Shown here in pieces: positions 10,056-18,285 of a stretch of 48,211 nucleotides of DNA. A program made the translations under genes and the position numbers. Within the stretch, counting starts at the first letter, position 1; every line of letters starts with the position of its first letter. The notes beneath the pieces were generated by a model. It made no database searches. It was not told the origin of the DNA and worked only from the letters and a program-made list of their open reading frames with translations. Origin of the DNA: Deltaproteobacteria bacterium (GTDB lineage: Bacteria > Myxococcota_A > UBA9160 > SMWR01); contig JAHEJV010000003.1 in assembly GCA_024638705.1 (NCBI GenBank), forward strand, positions 1-48,211, written 5' to 3'.

Positions 10056-10211
10056 CAAGCCGGTGGAACCGGCGCGCAGCGAGCCGCAGGGCGAGCGTAG
10101 TCTCGGGTCGGGCGAGCCGGTGGAACCGGCGCGCAGCGAGCCGCAGGGCGAGCGTAGTCTCGGGTCGGGCAAGCCGGTGGAACCGGCGCGCAGCGAGCCG
10201 CAGGCGAGCGT
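10045..10211 (+). repeat. three tandem copies (57-bp period) of the dispersed hairpin + GCGCGCAGCGAG element
   Basis: GCAAGCCGGTGGAACCGGCGCGCAGCGAGCCGCAGGGCGAGCGTAGTCTCGGGTCGG occurs at 10045, again at 10102 (GCGAGC variant), and as a third copy at 10159 ending ...GCAGGCGAGCGTAGTCGAAAGG. The array starts 1 nt inside the TAG stop of the ligase gene (10053-10055) and fills most of the gap to cstA. Track ORF 10063..10290 is an artefact of these repeats. Confidence 0.9.
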
Positions 10212-10286
10212 AGTCGAAAGGCGCCCTCCGACGACCGACGCGAACCGACCTTCCCTCAGGCGCACCGCGCCCCCCCGAGGCAACCC

Positions 10287-11966
10287 GTGAACGCAGCCTG
10301 GCTCGCGCTCGGTACCTTCGCGGCCTTCGCCCTCGCCTATCGCTTCTACGCGAAGTTCCTCGCCGAGCGCGTCTTCGCATTGCGCGACGACGAGCCCGTG
10401 CCCGCGCGCGAGTTCGAGGACGGCATCGACTTCGTGCCGACGCGCAAGAGCGTGCTCTGGGGCCACCACTTCACGTCGATCGCCGGGGCGGCGCCGATCG
10501 TCGGGCCCGCCATCGCGGTGATCTGGGGCTGGCTCCCGGCGCTCGTCTGGGTGGCCGTCGGCACCGTGTTCATGGGCGCGGTGCACGACTTCTCGTCGCT
10601 CGTGATCAGCCTGCGCCATCGCGGCCGCTCGATCGGCGAGGTCGCGGGCAGCGTGATCGGCCCGCGCAGTCGCACCCTCTTCCTGATCATCATCTCGATC
10701 CTGATCTGGATCGTGCTCGCCGTCTTCGCCTTCATCATCGGCACGCTCTTCGCCTCGAACCCCGGCGCGATCTTCCCGATCTGGGTGCAGATCATCGTCG
10801 CGATGGGTCTCGGCTGGCTGGTCTACCGGCGCCGCGTGTCGCTCTTTGCGCCCTCGCTCGTGGGCTACGTCGTGCTGCTCGGCGCGATCTTCTACGGCAA
10901 TGCCTTCGCCCTTGCGATGCCTTGGCTCGGCGAGATCTCGGTCGGCACCTGGGTGTGGGTGCTGCTGATCTATTCCTTCGTCGCGTCGGTGCTGCCCGTC
11001 TGGCTGCTGCTCCAACCACGCGACTACCTGAACGCCCACCAGCTGATCACCGGGCTCGGCCTGCTCTCGCTCGGCCTGGTCGTGCTCCAGCCCACGATCC
11101 AGGCGCCGGCGATCAACACGGCGCCGCCCGGCGCGCCGCCGATGATCCCGTTTCTCTTCATCACGATCGCCTGCGGTGCGATCTCCGGCTTCCACGGCCT
11201 GGTGGCCTCCGGCACGACGTCGAAGCAGGTGGGCTGCATGACCGACGCCCGCCCGATCGGCTACGGCGGCATGCTCGGCGAAGGCGCGCTCGGCATGTTG
11301 GCCGTGCTCGCCGCGACGGCCGGCTTCGCGAGCACCGCCGAGTGGCACGGCCACTACGCGAGCTGGGGCGCCGCGAACGGGCTCGCCGCGAAGCTCGACG
11401 CGTTCGTCTCCGGCGGCGCGACCTTCGTCGCGAGCCTCGGCATTCCGCACGCCACGGCGAAGACCCTGATCGCGGTGATGGTGATCGCCTTCGCCGCGAC
11501 CAGCCTCGACACGGGCGCGCGCATCCAGCGCCTGATCATCGCCGAGCTCGCCGACGGCTACGGCGTTCCCGCGCTCACGAACCGTTTTGCGGCGGGCGCC
11601 CTCGGCATTGCCGCCGCGTTGTTGCTCGCCGTCACCCAGGCCGGCGGCAAGGGGGGCCTCATCCTCTGGCCGCTCTTCGGCACCACCAATCAGCTCGTCG
11701 CGGGCGTCACCCTCCTGATCGTCTCGGTCTGGCTGCGCCAGAACGGACGTCCCTACGTCTACACGCTCGTGCCGATGATCTTCGTCGGGATCGCCACCGT
11801 CTTCTCGATGCTCGGCGAGGTGCGCGGCTACTTCGGCGCGTTCTCCGAACAGTGGCTGCTCGCCGTCCTCGGCACGGTGATCCTCGCCCTCGATCTCTGG
11901 GTGATCGGCGAGGGCGTCCGCCTCCTCTTCCGCGACCGCGCCGCACGTCCGGCGGCGGCGGCATGA
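10287..11966 (+). CDS. cstA: carbon starvation protein A family transporter
   Basis: 559-aa ORF (GTG start). AYRFYAKFLAERVFAL...FVPTRKSVLWGHHFTSIAGAAPIVGPAIAVIWGWLPALVWV is the CstA N-terminal signature. Polytopic membrane protein. Confidence 0.9.
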   Translation: MNAAWLALGTFAAFALAYRFYAKFLAERVFALRDDEPVPAREFEDGIDFVPTRKSVLWGHHFTSIAGAAPIVGPAIAVIWGWLPALVWVAVGTVFMGAVHDFSSLVISLRHRGRSIGEVAGSVIGPRSRTLFLIIISILIWIVLAVFAFIIGTLFASNPGAIFPIWVQIIVAMGLGWLVYRRRVSLFAPSLVGYVVLLGAIFYGNAFALAMPWLGEISVGTWVWVLLIYSFVASVLPVWLLLQPRDYLNAHQLITGLGLLSLGLVVLQPTIQAPAINTAPPGAPPMIPFLFITIACGAISGFHGLVASGTTSKQVGCMTDARPIGYGGMLGEGALGMLAVLAATAGFASTAEWHGHYASWGAANGLAAKLDAFVSGGATFVASLGIPHATAKTLIAVMVIAFAATSLDTGARIQRLIIAELADGYGVPALTNRFAAGALGIAAALLLAVTQAGGKGGLILWPLFGTTNQLVAGVTLLIVSVWLRQNGRPYVYTLVPMIFVGIATVFSMLGEVRGYFGAFSEQWLLAVLGTVILALDLWVIGEGVRLLFRDRAARPAAAA

Positions 11967-12814
11967 ACGTCGGCGATCTGTCGGGGAAGACGGTCGCCGT
12001 CACCGGCGCGGGCAGCGGCATCGGGCGCGAAACCGCCCTCGCCTTCGCGCGCCGCGGCGCCGACCTCGAGATTGGCGACCTGAACGAGGAGACCGTCGAA
12101 GCCACGGCGGAAGCGATCCGCAAGATCGATCGCGGGGGCGTGACGGCGGCCCGGGTCGACGTCGCCGACGCCGCCCAGGTCCGCAGCTGGGCCGACGCAG
12201 TGCACGCGCGCATACCGGCCCTCGACATCCTCGTGAACAACGCCGGCGTCGCGATCGGCGGCGGCTTCCTCGACACGACCCTGGAAGACTGGGACTGGAT
12301 CCTCGGCGTGAACACGAAGGGCGTCGTGCACGGCTGTCACGCCTTCGCCCCGGCGATGGTGGCGCGCGGCGCCGGCGGACACATCGTGAACGTCGCCTCG
12401 ATGGCTGGCATCGTCGCGACGGACACCCTCGCCGCCTACTGCACCACGAAATTCTCGATCGTCGGGCTCTCCGAAGCGCTGCGCGAAGAGCTCGCGCCCC
12501 ACGGCATCGGCGTGAGCTGCATCTGCCCGGGCTTGATCAACACGCCGATCACGCGCGCCGCGAAGCTCGTCGGGCCGCTCTCGGGCGAGGAGAACCGCGC
12601 CGAGCTGGTTCGCACCTACGAGAAGCGCAACTACGGTCCGGAGCGCGTGGCCCTGGCCATCCTGCGCGCGATCGAGAGGAACCGCGCGGTCACCCCCGTC
12701 ACGCCCGAGGCGTGGATGCTCTACTACCTCAAGCGATTCTCCCCCGGCCTCGTCTCCTGGCTGAGCCGCAGGATGGGCGAAGCGAGCCGACGCCGGCTCG
12801 GCATCGATCGTTAG
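11963..12814 (+). CDS. SDR family oxidoreductase
   Basis: C-terminal part of track ORF 10922..12814. ATG 11963 overlaps the cstA stop (ATGA). Has TGAGSGIGRE (TGxxxGxG), NNAG, and the S...YxxxK catalytic pattern (YCTTKFS). Confidence 0.85.
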   Translation: MNVGDLSGKTVAVTGAGSGIGRETALAFARRGADLEIGDLNEETVEATAEAIRKIDRGGVTAARVDVADAAQVRSWADAVHARIPALDILVNNAGVAIGGGFLDTTLEDWDWILGVNTKGVVHGCHAFAPAMVARGAGGHIVNVASMAGIVATDTLAAYCTTKFSIVGLSEALREELAPHGIGVSCICPGLINTPITRAAKLVGPLSGEENRAELVRTYEKRNYGPERVALAILRAIERNRAVTPVTPEAWMLYYLKRFSPGLVSWLSRRMGEASRRRLGIDR

Positions 12815-13815
12815 TCGGGTTTCGCGACGCTCGTCTGCGCGACGCTCGTCTGGGGGTGGAAGGCGGACCAGGCGAACCAGTAGCCCTCCACCACCTCCAC
12901 CGGCTCCGGGGCCGAAACCGAGAACGTCTCCGTCTCGGCGTCCCAGGCGACGCGCACCGGGTGCCCGCCGAACCGCTCGGCGATCACACCGCCGGCCGCC
13001 GCCACCTCGTCGGAGGGGTAGGCGCGCGCCGTGCCGTCCGCGAGGCGCAAGCCGACCGTCGGCGTCTTCGGGTGATAGGCACGCGCGAAAGGCGCGGGAA
13101 AGATCAGATCGCGTCGCCTCGCGTAGCTGCCGTATGGGTTCTGCCCGTACGGCTTGCGATGCCCGGTATCGCGAGACAACACCGTCGTATCCGGGTGCGC
13201 GGCCTTCCATTTCGCCCAGGTGGTCATCTCCGAACGGACGATGCGAAGCCGGGCGCCACGCGAGGCGCCCGTCACGGCGCGCGCCGAGATCTGGGACCAG
13301 AGGCTCTCCGTCTCGCGGTCGTACATCAGGAGGTCCGACCGGTAGAGCAGCCCCGACACCCCGAACCGCCGGGGCTCGCCTCCGCCGACGCGGCGATCGA
13401 AGACGAGGCCCGTCCCGCACAGCGGGCAGTAGGACACGAGCAGCGGGATGCCACCGAGCGTGTCGTTGACGAGCTCGTGCCAGACGAGGATCGCGATCGG
13501 ATACGCACGCGCCTCGCCCTGAGACGTCACGCCGAGCACGCGGTCTTCGTCCTCCCAACCCGCATCGACACCTTCCTGTGTCGGATGGTCGAGCGCGGGG
13601 ATCGCGTCGCGCCCGACGCCACCGTGAAGGATCTCCCTCACGGCCACGTCCGCCGGCGAGAGCACGAAACCGTTCGTCCGTCGGCGCGACTCGCCACCGT
13701 CGGCGGCGAAGCTCACGCCCGCTGCGATCAGCGCGGCAACGGCGCCCAGGCGCGCGCCCGCACGCCACCACCGCTCTCTCGCTTTTCCGATCTCGCGACG
13801 AGAATTCGATTGCAT
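12811..13815 (-). CDS. DUF3179 domain-containing exported protein
   Basis: C-terminal 334 codons of track ORF 12811..14223. Starts at MQSNSRREIGKARERWWRAGARLGAVAALIAAGVSFA, a signal-like N-terminus. YPIAILVWHELVNDTLGGIPLLVSYCPLCGTGLVFDR...SGLLYRSDLLMYDRETESLWSQ is typical of DUF3179. The in-frame upstream extension has poorer coding character. Confidence 0.75.
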   Translation of the reverse strand: MQSNSRREIGKARERWWRAGARLGAVAALIAAGVSFAADGGESRRRTNGFVLSPADVAVREILHGGVGRDAIPALDHPTQEGVDAGWEDEDRVLGVTSQGEARAYPIAILVWHELVNDTLGGIPLLVSYCPLCGTGLVFDRRVGGGEPRRFGVSGLLYRSDLLMYDRETESLWSQISARAVTGASRGARLRIVRSEMTTWAKWKAAHPDTTVLSRDTGHRKPYGQNPYGSYARRRDLIFPAPFARAYHPKTPTVGLRLADGTARAYPSDEVAAAGGVIAERFGGHPVRVAWDAETETFSVSAPEPVEVVEGYWFAWSAFHPQTSVAQTSVAKPD

Positions 13816-14298
13816 CGTCTCTTCATGAGAGTAGAATTCTCGACGACGGTCACGGTTCGCGGTGCAAGGAGACCGAGGTCTCGCACTCACCGCCGAAACG
13901 ATCCAGCCGCATCGAACCGGGCCGCCTCTCGGCGACGGTGAGGACGAGCAGGAGTTCGGGGCGAGCCAGCCCGCTCCGCGGCGAAGAGCCGCTGTCGGCG
14001 CGGTGCAGCACGCCAACGAAATCATGGCGCGAGGAAGATCTTCCCAGACCCGGGAGCTTCCAAAAAACGTGCGGAGATGCGTCGCGTCGCAGCCCTCGAT
14101 GAGCACGTCGGGCGCGACAGACAACGAGAGGCGGAAACGCCCGGACGGCCCAACCCCGGCCGGGCGTTGCGGGTCACGCCCACCGCCGACGGTCCACGGC
14201 AACTCGCCGAACCACTTCGCCAACGAAACGGCCGCCCCGCCGGAGGCCTGGGAAGACCTCGCCGCCTCGGCCCCCCTTGCCGCATCCCTGCTAGGGGA

Positions 14299-14880
14299 TC
14301 AGCGGGCTTTCGTCTCCTCGCGATCTTCGAATCGGTCGAAGTCCTCGGACACCGCGCGCACCACTCCCGTGTTCGGGAGATCCGCGTCCGGCAGCAACGA
14401 CAGGATCACACCGAGGTGCGCCACGATGACGATCCGCTCGCCGCGGTGGGCGCGGTCGTAGTCGCGCATCACGGCGCGGATCCGCTTCCGCATCGCGCCG
14501 CGCGACTCGGCGCCACCGCCCGGCGCGTCGGGATCTCCCGAGTCGAAGCGCGCCAACGAGGCGGCATCCCGGGCTGCGATCTCCTCGCGCGTCAGCCCTT
14601 CCCAGGCTCCGACGTCGAGCTCGCGCAGACGCGGGTCGCGCTCGGGCTCGAGACCGAGCGCCCGGCCCACGATCCGTGCCGTGTGGTGGGCGCGCTGGAG
14701 GTCGCTGCAGTAGAGCCGGTCGGCGCGCTCGCCGCTGAGCCTCGCGGCCAACGCCTCGGCCTGGGCGACCCCCTGCTCCGAGAGCGGCGGGTCGGCATGC
14801 CCCTGCCAGCGGCGCTGCACGTTCCAGATCGACTCGGCGTGGCGGATCAGCAGGTAGTGGGTCGACACGCGCGGAACCAT
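14299..14880 (-). CDS. histidine phosphatase family protein (phosphoglycerate-mutase-like)
   Basis: C-terminal part of track ORF 14299..15087, from MVPRVSTHYLLIRHAESIWN (RH catalytic motif). Followed by SEQGVAQAEALA, CSDLQRAHHTA, and a distal IVIVAHLGVI His. Confidence 0.8.
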   Translation of the reverse strand: MVPRVSTHYLLIRHAESIWNVQRRWQGHADPPLSEQGVAQAEALAARLSGERADRLYCSDLQRAHHTARIVGRALGLEPERDPRLRELDVGAWEGLTREEIAARDAASLARFDSGDPDAPGGGAESRGAMRKRIRAVMRDYDRAHRGERIVIVAHLGVILSLLPDADLPNTGVVRAVSEDFDRFEDREETKAR

Positions 14881-14994
14881 ATCGAAAGGTCGCGATCGTC
14901 CGGCACGCGCGAGGCCTCTCCCGTCTGGACTCGGCGACACATCCCCTGCTCCGGGGCCACTCCCCTTCAACCCCCATTTCCCGAGGAGTCCCCC

Positions 14995-15291
14995 CTGGGC
15001 CGCCGGCGATTCGATCACCTGGTGCGCGAGATTTCCGTGGCCGTGAAGACCCCGGTCGCCCGCTACTCCCTCTGGCTGCACCTCCACGAGATCGGGATCG
15101 ATCCCGAGAGGCTCGACGAGGACGGCGCGCTCGCCTTCTGCTCCGGTCCCGCCCGCGCCTTTCTCGCCGGCCTCGGGCTCCCGATCTCGCGCCGCGCGGA
15201 GCGCCGACTGCGCCGCGCCGTCGACGCCTACGACCCGGCGCGATTGACGCCGGAAGAGCTCGCCAGCGACGGCTGGGAGAGCGACGGCTAG
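14995..15291 (+). CDS. hypothetical small protein (~90-98 aa), start uncertain
   Basis: Tail of track ORF 14077..15291. Third positions are strongly G/C from about 14995 onward. GAGGAG at 14983-14988 precedes a CTG at 14995, and an in-frame GTG at 15022 is the alternative start. I recognise no family (..VAVKTPVARYSLWLHLHEIGIDPERLDEDGALAFCSG..). Confidence 0.4.
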   Translation: MGRRRFDHLVREISVAVKTPVARYSLWLHLHEIGIDPERLDEDGALAFCSGPARAFLAGLGLPISRRAERRLRRAVDAYDPARLTPEELASDGWESDG

Positions 15292-15350
15292 CGAGGGAGC
15301 GGAGAGCGAGGGCCAGCGCCGGCGCGGAGAGCGAGGGTCAGCGCGCCGCC
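15276..15350. repeat. 3 x 25-bp tandem repeat GGAGAGCGA(C/G)GG(C/T)(T/C)AGCG.....
   Basis: GGAGAGCGA starts at 15276, 15301 and 15326 (exact 25-bp period). Unit 1 contains the TAG of the small plus-strand ORF. Unit 3 contains the TGA (as TCA) of rdgB. Confidence 0.7.
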
Positions 15351-15943
15351 GCCCGGGCGATCGCGTCGCGCAACGCGACGAATGCCCGCCCGCGGTGCGA
15401 GATCCGGTTCTTCGTCTCGGCGGAGAGCTCCGCCATCGACACGTCGAAGCCCTCGGGCTGGAACACCGGGTCGTACCCGAAACCGCTCGCGCCGCGCGGA
15501 GCCGACAGGATCACGCCCGGGCATTCACCGCGCGCGACCTCCACCTCTCCGTCGGGGGTCGCGAGCGCTGCAACGCAGACGAAGCGCGCGCCGCGTGCCG
15601 CGGGCGCGACGTCGCGGAGCTCGCCGAGCAGCTTCGCGACGCGGCCCGCATCGTCGAGCCCTTCCCCGCCATAACGCGCCGAGTGCGGACCGGGGCGCCC
15701 GCCGAGCGCATCGACCTCGATGCCCGAATCGTCGCCCACGGCGGGACGTCCGGTGGCCTTCGCCACGAAGCGCGCCTTCAGGGCTGCGTTCTCGGTGTAG
15801 TCGTCCCCTTCCTCCGGCATCCGGATCTCGGGGAACCGGTCGAGGGAGCAGAGCGTGAACGCACCCTCGCCGAGGATCTCGCGGATCTCGACGAGCTTGC
15901 CCGGGTTGCCCGTCGCGACGACGACCTCCCGCGCCGCGATCAT
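15338..15943 (-). CDS. rdgB: dITP/XTP pyrophosphatase RdgB (Ham1 family)
   Basis: C-terminal part of track ORF 15338..16579, from MIAAREVVVATGNPGKLVEIREIL. Also DDSGIEVDALGGRPGPHSARY, FGYDPVF and KNRISHRGRA. The ATG overlaps the rph stop (ATGA at 15940-15943). Confidence 0.9.
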   Translation of the reverse strand: MIAAREVVVATGNPGKLVEIREILGEGAFTLCSLDRFPEIRMPEEGDDYTENAALKARFVAKATGRPAVGDDSGIEVDALGGRPGPHSARYGGEGLDDAGRVAKLLGELRDVAPAARGARFVCVAALATPDGEVEVARGECPGVILSAPRGASGFGYDPVFQPEGFDVSMAELSAETKNRISHRGRAFVALRDAIARAAAR

Positions 15944-16683
15944 CGCGCCGCCTGCGCCACCGCCTCGGCCTGCAGCCGCGTGAGCGCGGCGGTTCCCCGC
16001 AGCGCGAGCTCGGTCATGCGCGCGAGCTGCTCCGACGAGAACGTCCCGTCCTCGCCGGTGCCCTGCACCTCGACGAAACGTCCCTCGCCCGTCGCGATCA
16101 CGTTCATGTCGACCGCTGCGCGCGCGTCTTCCTCGTAGGGAAGGTCGAGCATCACGTGATCGCCGACGATGCCGACCGACACCCCCGCGACCGATCCGGT
16201 GATCGGGCTCCTCGTCACCGCGCCGCGCGCGACGAGCCGCGCCGCCGCGATCTGCAGCGCCACCGACGCGCCGGTGATCGATGCGCAACGCGTGCCACCG
16301 TCGGCCTGGATCACGTCGCAATCGACCTGGAGGGTGCGCTCGCCGAGCGCCTCGAAGTCGACGATCGCGCGCAGGCTGCGACCGATCAGGCGTTGGATCT
16401 CCTGGCTGCGCCCGGACGGACGCCCGCGCGCCGACTCGCGGCCGCTGCGCGTGTCGGTCGCTCCGGGCAGCATCGCGTACTCGGCCGTCACCCAACCCTT
16501 CCCCTGACCCTTGAGGAAGCGCGGGACGCCCTCTTCCTCGCAAACCGTGCACAGCACCCACGTCCGTCCCACGCGGCACAACACCGATCCGAGCGGATGT
16601 TCGGTGTAGTCGACCTCGAAGGTGGTCGGCCGCAGTGCGTCGAGCGCGCGTCCATCGGCGCGCACGGGGGATCCGGAGCTCAT
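15940..16683 (-). CDS. rph: ribonuclease PH
   Basis: C-terminal part of track ORF 15940..16836, from MSSGSPVRADGRALDALRP. GKGWVTAEYAMLPGAT..R......GRPSGRSQEIQRLIGRSLRA and CDVIQADGGTRCASITGA are RNase PH signatures. Confidence 0.92.
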   Translation of the reverse strand: MSSGSPVRADGRALDALRPTTFEVDYTEHPLGSVLCRVGRTWVLCTVCEEEGVPRFLKGQGKGWVTAEYAMLPGATDTRSGRESARGRPSGRSQEIQRLIGRSLRAIVDFEALGERTLQVDCDVIQADGGTRCASITGASVALQIAAARLVARGAVTRSPITGSVAGVSVGIVGDHVMLDLPYEEDARAAVDMNVIATGEGRFVEVQGTGEDGTFSSEQLARMTELALRGTAALTRLQAEAVAQAAR

Positions 16684-16735
16684 GGGGTCGTCACCTCTCG
16701 ACGAAGGAAGTGCTGCGCGCGCGGGCGTCTGTCTC

Positions 16736-17569
16736 TCAGGGCGCCGCGGGCGACGCCGTCCCGACGTCGCGGCGCGCATCGTAGCGCCGACCGAATTCGA
16801 GAACCGCCTTCTCGAGCGCGTCCACGATCGCCGCACGACCGTGCGTGCCGGTGATGCGACGCTCGTCGCCGGGATGGGTGACGAAGCCGATCTCCACCAG
16901 TGCCGCCGGCATCTGCACGCCCGACAGGACGACGAACATCGCCTGCTTCACGCCGCGCGACTTGATCGGCAGCTCGGCGAGATGGGTCTGCACGCTGCGC
17001 GCGAAATGGCTCGACTCGTCGAGGTGTTCGGTGGCGATCAGGTCGCCGAGCAGGGCGATGAACGGATCCGACAGCGCTTCGATCGCTGCGGCCTCTTCCG
17101 CGAACGCGCTGTTCTCGCGCTTCGCGACGCCAGCTGCGGCGGCGTCGCTCGCTTCGAGCGCGAGGAAGTAGGTCTCGCTGCCGTGGATCGTCGCCTGTCG
17201 CGCGGCGTTCGCGTGGACCGACACGAAGAGGTCGCCGCGCGCATCGTTCGCGATCGCCGTGCGCTCCTCCAACGGCACGCGCACATCGGCGTCGCGGGTC
17301 ATGACGACGGTGAGACCGGCTTCGCGCAGCTCCGCCGCGAGATTGCGCGCGACCGCGAGCGCGACGTCTTTCTCGAGCGAGCCCGCAGGCCCTTTCGCAC
17401 CGGTGTCCGAACCGCCGTGGCCGGCATCGATCACGACGGTGTCGAAACGCTCGCCGGTTTCGTCCGCGGCCAGCGCCGTCGCCACGATGCCCACGACAGC
17501 CGAGCACGCGATGCTCCACGACACGCAACCGCGCACGCAACTCGAAACGACGCCGCCCATTCTCACGCT
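16736..17569 (-). CDS. N-acetylmuramoyl-L-alanine amidase (Amidase_3, AmiC-like)
   Basis: C-terminal part of track ORF 16736..17986, from MGGVVSSCVRG... with a signal-like segment. VVIDAGHGGSDTGAKG, LFVSVHANA and PAALVEIGFVTHPGDE are Amidase_3 zinc-site motifs. Confidence 0.85.
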   Translation of the reverse strand, partial: SVRMGGVVSSCVRGCVSWSIACSAVVGIVATALAADETGERFDTVVIDAGHGGSDTGAKGPAGSLEKDVALAVARNLAAELREAGLTVVMTRDADVRVPLEERTAIANDARGDLFVSVHANAARQATIHGSETYFLALEASDAAAAGVAKRENSAFAEEAAAIEALSDPFIALLGDLIATEHLDESSHFARSVQTHLAELPIKSRGVKQAMFVVLSGVQMPAALVEIGFVTHPGDERRITGTHGRAAIVDALEKAVLEFGRRYDARRDVGTASPAAP

Positions 17570-17655
17570 CCCCCCGAGACCTCCATCCCCAACGGTAACG
17601 GATCCTCGCGCGAGGAACGCTTGCGGGGCTGCCTCTCGTCGGCCAAGGTGATCGC

Positions 17656-18273
17656 ATGCGTCGCGCTCTCGCCTCGGTCGGCCTGTTCGCGCTCGCCCTC
17701 CCCGCTCTTGCCCAGGAAGTCGACTGCCCGCGGGGCGCGACGGTCCGAGGCAACGCGCCGCCCGAAGGCAACCGGCAGTGGTGCGAAGACGAGTCCGGAC
17801 GGCAGCACGGGCCGAGCATCGCCTGGGACGCGGCGGGCCGTCCGCGGATCGAAGCCCACTTCGAAGCCGGCGCCATGGAGGGCGCCTATCGCGCGTGGCA
17901 CGAGAACGGTCAGCTGGCCGAGTCGGGCGCCTATCGGGCCGACCACCGGGAAGGAGCCTGGGAGCTCTTCTACGACGGCGGCACACGTGCGCGCCGTCAG
18001 GAATATCGCGCCGGGCGGCTCCACGGCATCGTCCGCGAGTGGTATCCGAACGGACAGGTCCGCCTCGAGGAACACTACCTCGACGGCACGCGCCACGGTC
18101 CCGCGCTCGCCTGGTTCGAGAACGGCCAGAAGCAGTCCGAGGGTGCGTTTCGCTCGGGCGATTTCGACGGCGTCTGGAAGGGCTGGTACGTGGACGGGTC
18201 GCCGCGGAAAGTCGCCACTTTCAAACGCGGACGGAAGATCGAAGAAGAGATCTTCCCGCCTCCGGGCAGCTAG
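17656..18273 (+). CDS. exported MORN-repeat-variant (YwqK-like) protein
   Basis: 205-aa ORF with signal peptide MRRALASVGLFALALPALA. Carries repeated G.....W..NGQ...G.Y..G...G.W units (WHENGQLAESGAYRADHREGAW, WYPNGQVRLEEHYLDGTRHG, WFENGQKQSEGAFRSGDFDGVW). Confidence 0.7.
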   Translation: MRRALASVGLFALALPALAQEVDCPRGATVRGNAPPEGNRQWCEDESGRQHGPSIAWDAAGRPRIEAHFEAGAMEGAYRAWHENGQLAESGAYRADHREGAWELFYDGGTRARRQEYRAGRLHGIVREWYPNGQVRLEEHYLDGTRHGPALAWFENGQKQSEGAFRSGDFDGVWKGWYVDGSPRKVATFKRGRKIEEEIFPPPGS

Positions 18274-18285
18274 CCCGTACCGCGC

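Noticed and set aside
10045-10211. Possible CRISPR array, because of regularly spaced repeats.
   Set aside because: The units are contiguous 57-bp tandem copies with no unique spacers. There are no cas genes, and identical units are dispersed singly elsewhere.
10063-10290. 75-aa ORF with the repeated peptide EPARSEPQGERSLGSG, which might be read as a small repeat protein.
   Set aside because: It is simply the tandem DNA element read in one open frame. It has no SD, and the same DNA motif is intergenic at other loci.
13895-13925. GGTTCGAT T-loop-like motif (minus strand), suggesting a tRNA.
   Set aside because: The flanking bases do not form a T-stem, and no acceptor or anticodon arms could be drawn. 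I found no tRNA-like cloverleaf anywhere in the window.
12811-14223. The 136-codon in-frame N-terminal extension of the DUF3179 ORF (start at 14223).
   Set aside because: The extension lacks family similarity, contains the T6 tract and palindromes, and has weaker codon bias. The MQSNS start is followed by a signal-like hydrophobic segment, as expected for the mature N-terminus.
17656-18273. YwqK/MORN-type protein considered as the antitoxin of a toxin-antitoxin pair.
   Set aside because: It carries a signal peptide, so it is exported. No toxin-like neighbour exists: the flanks are an amidase and an exonuclease on the opposite strand.
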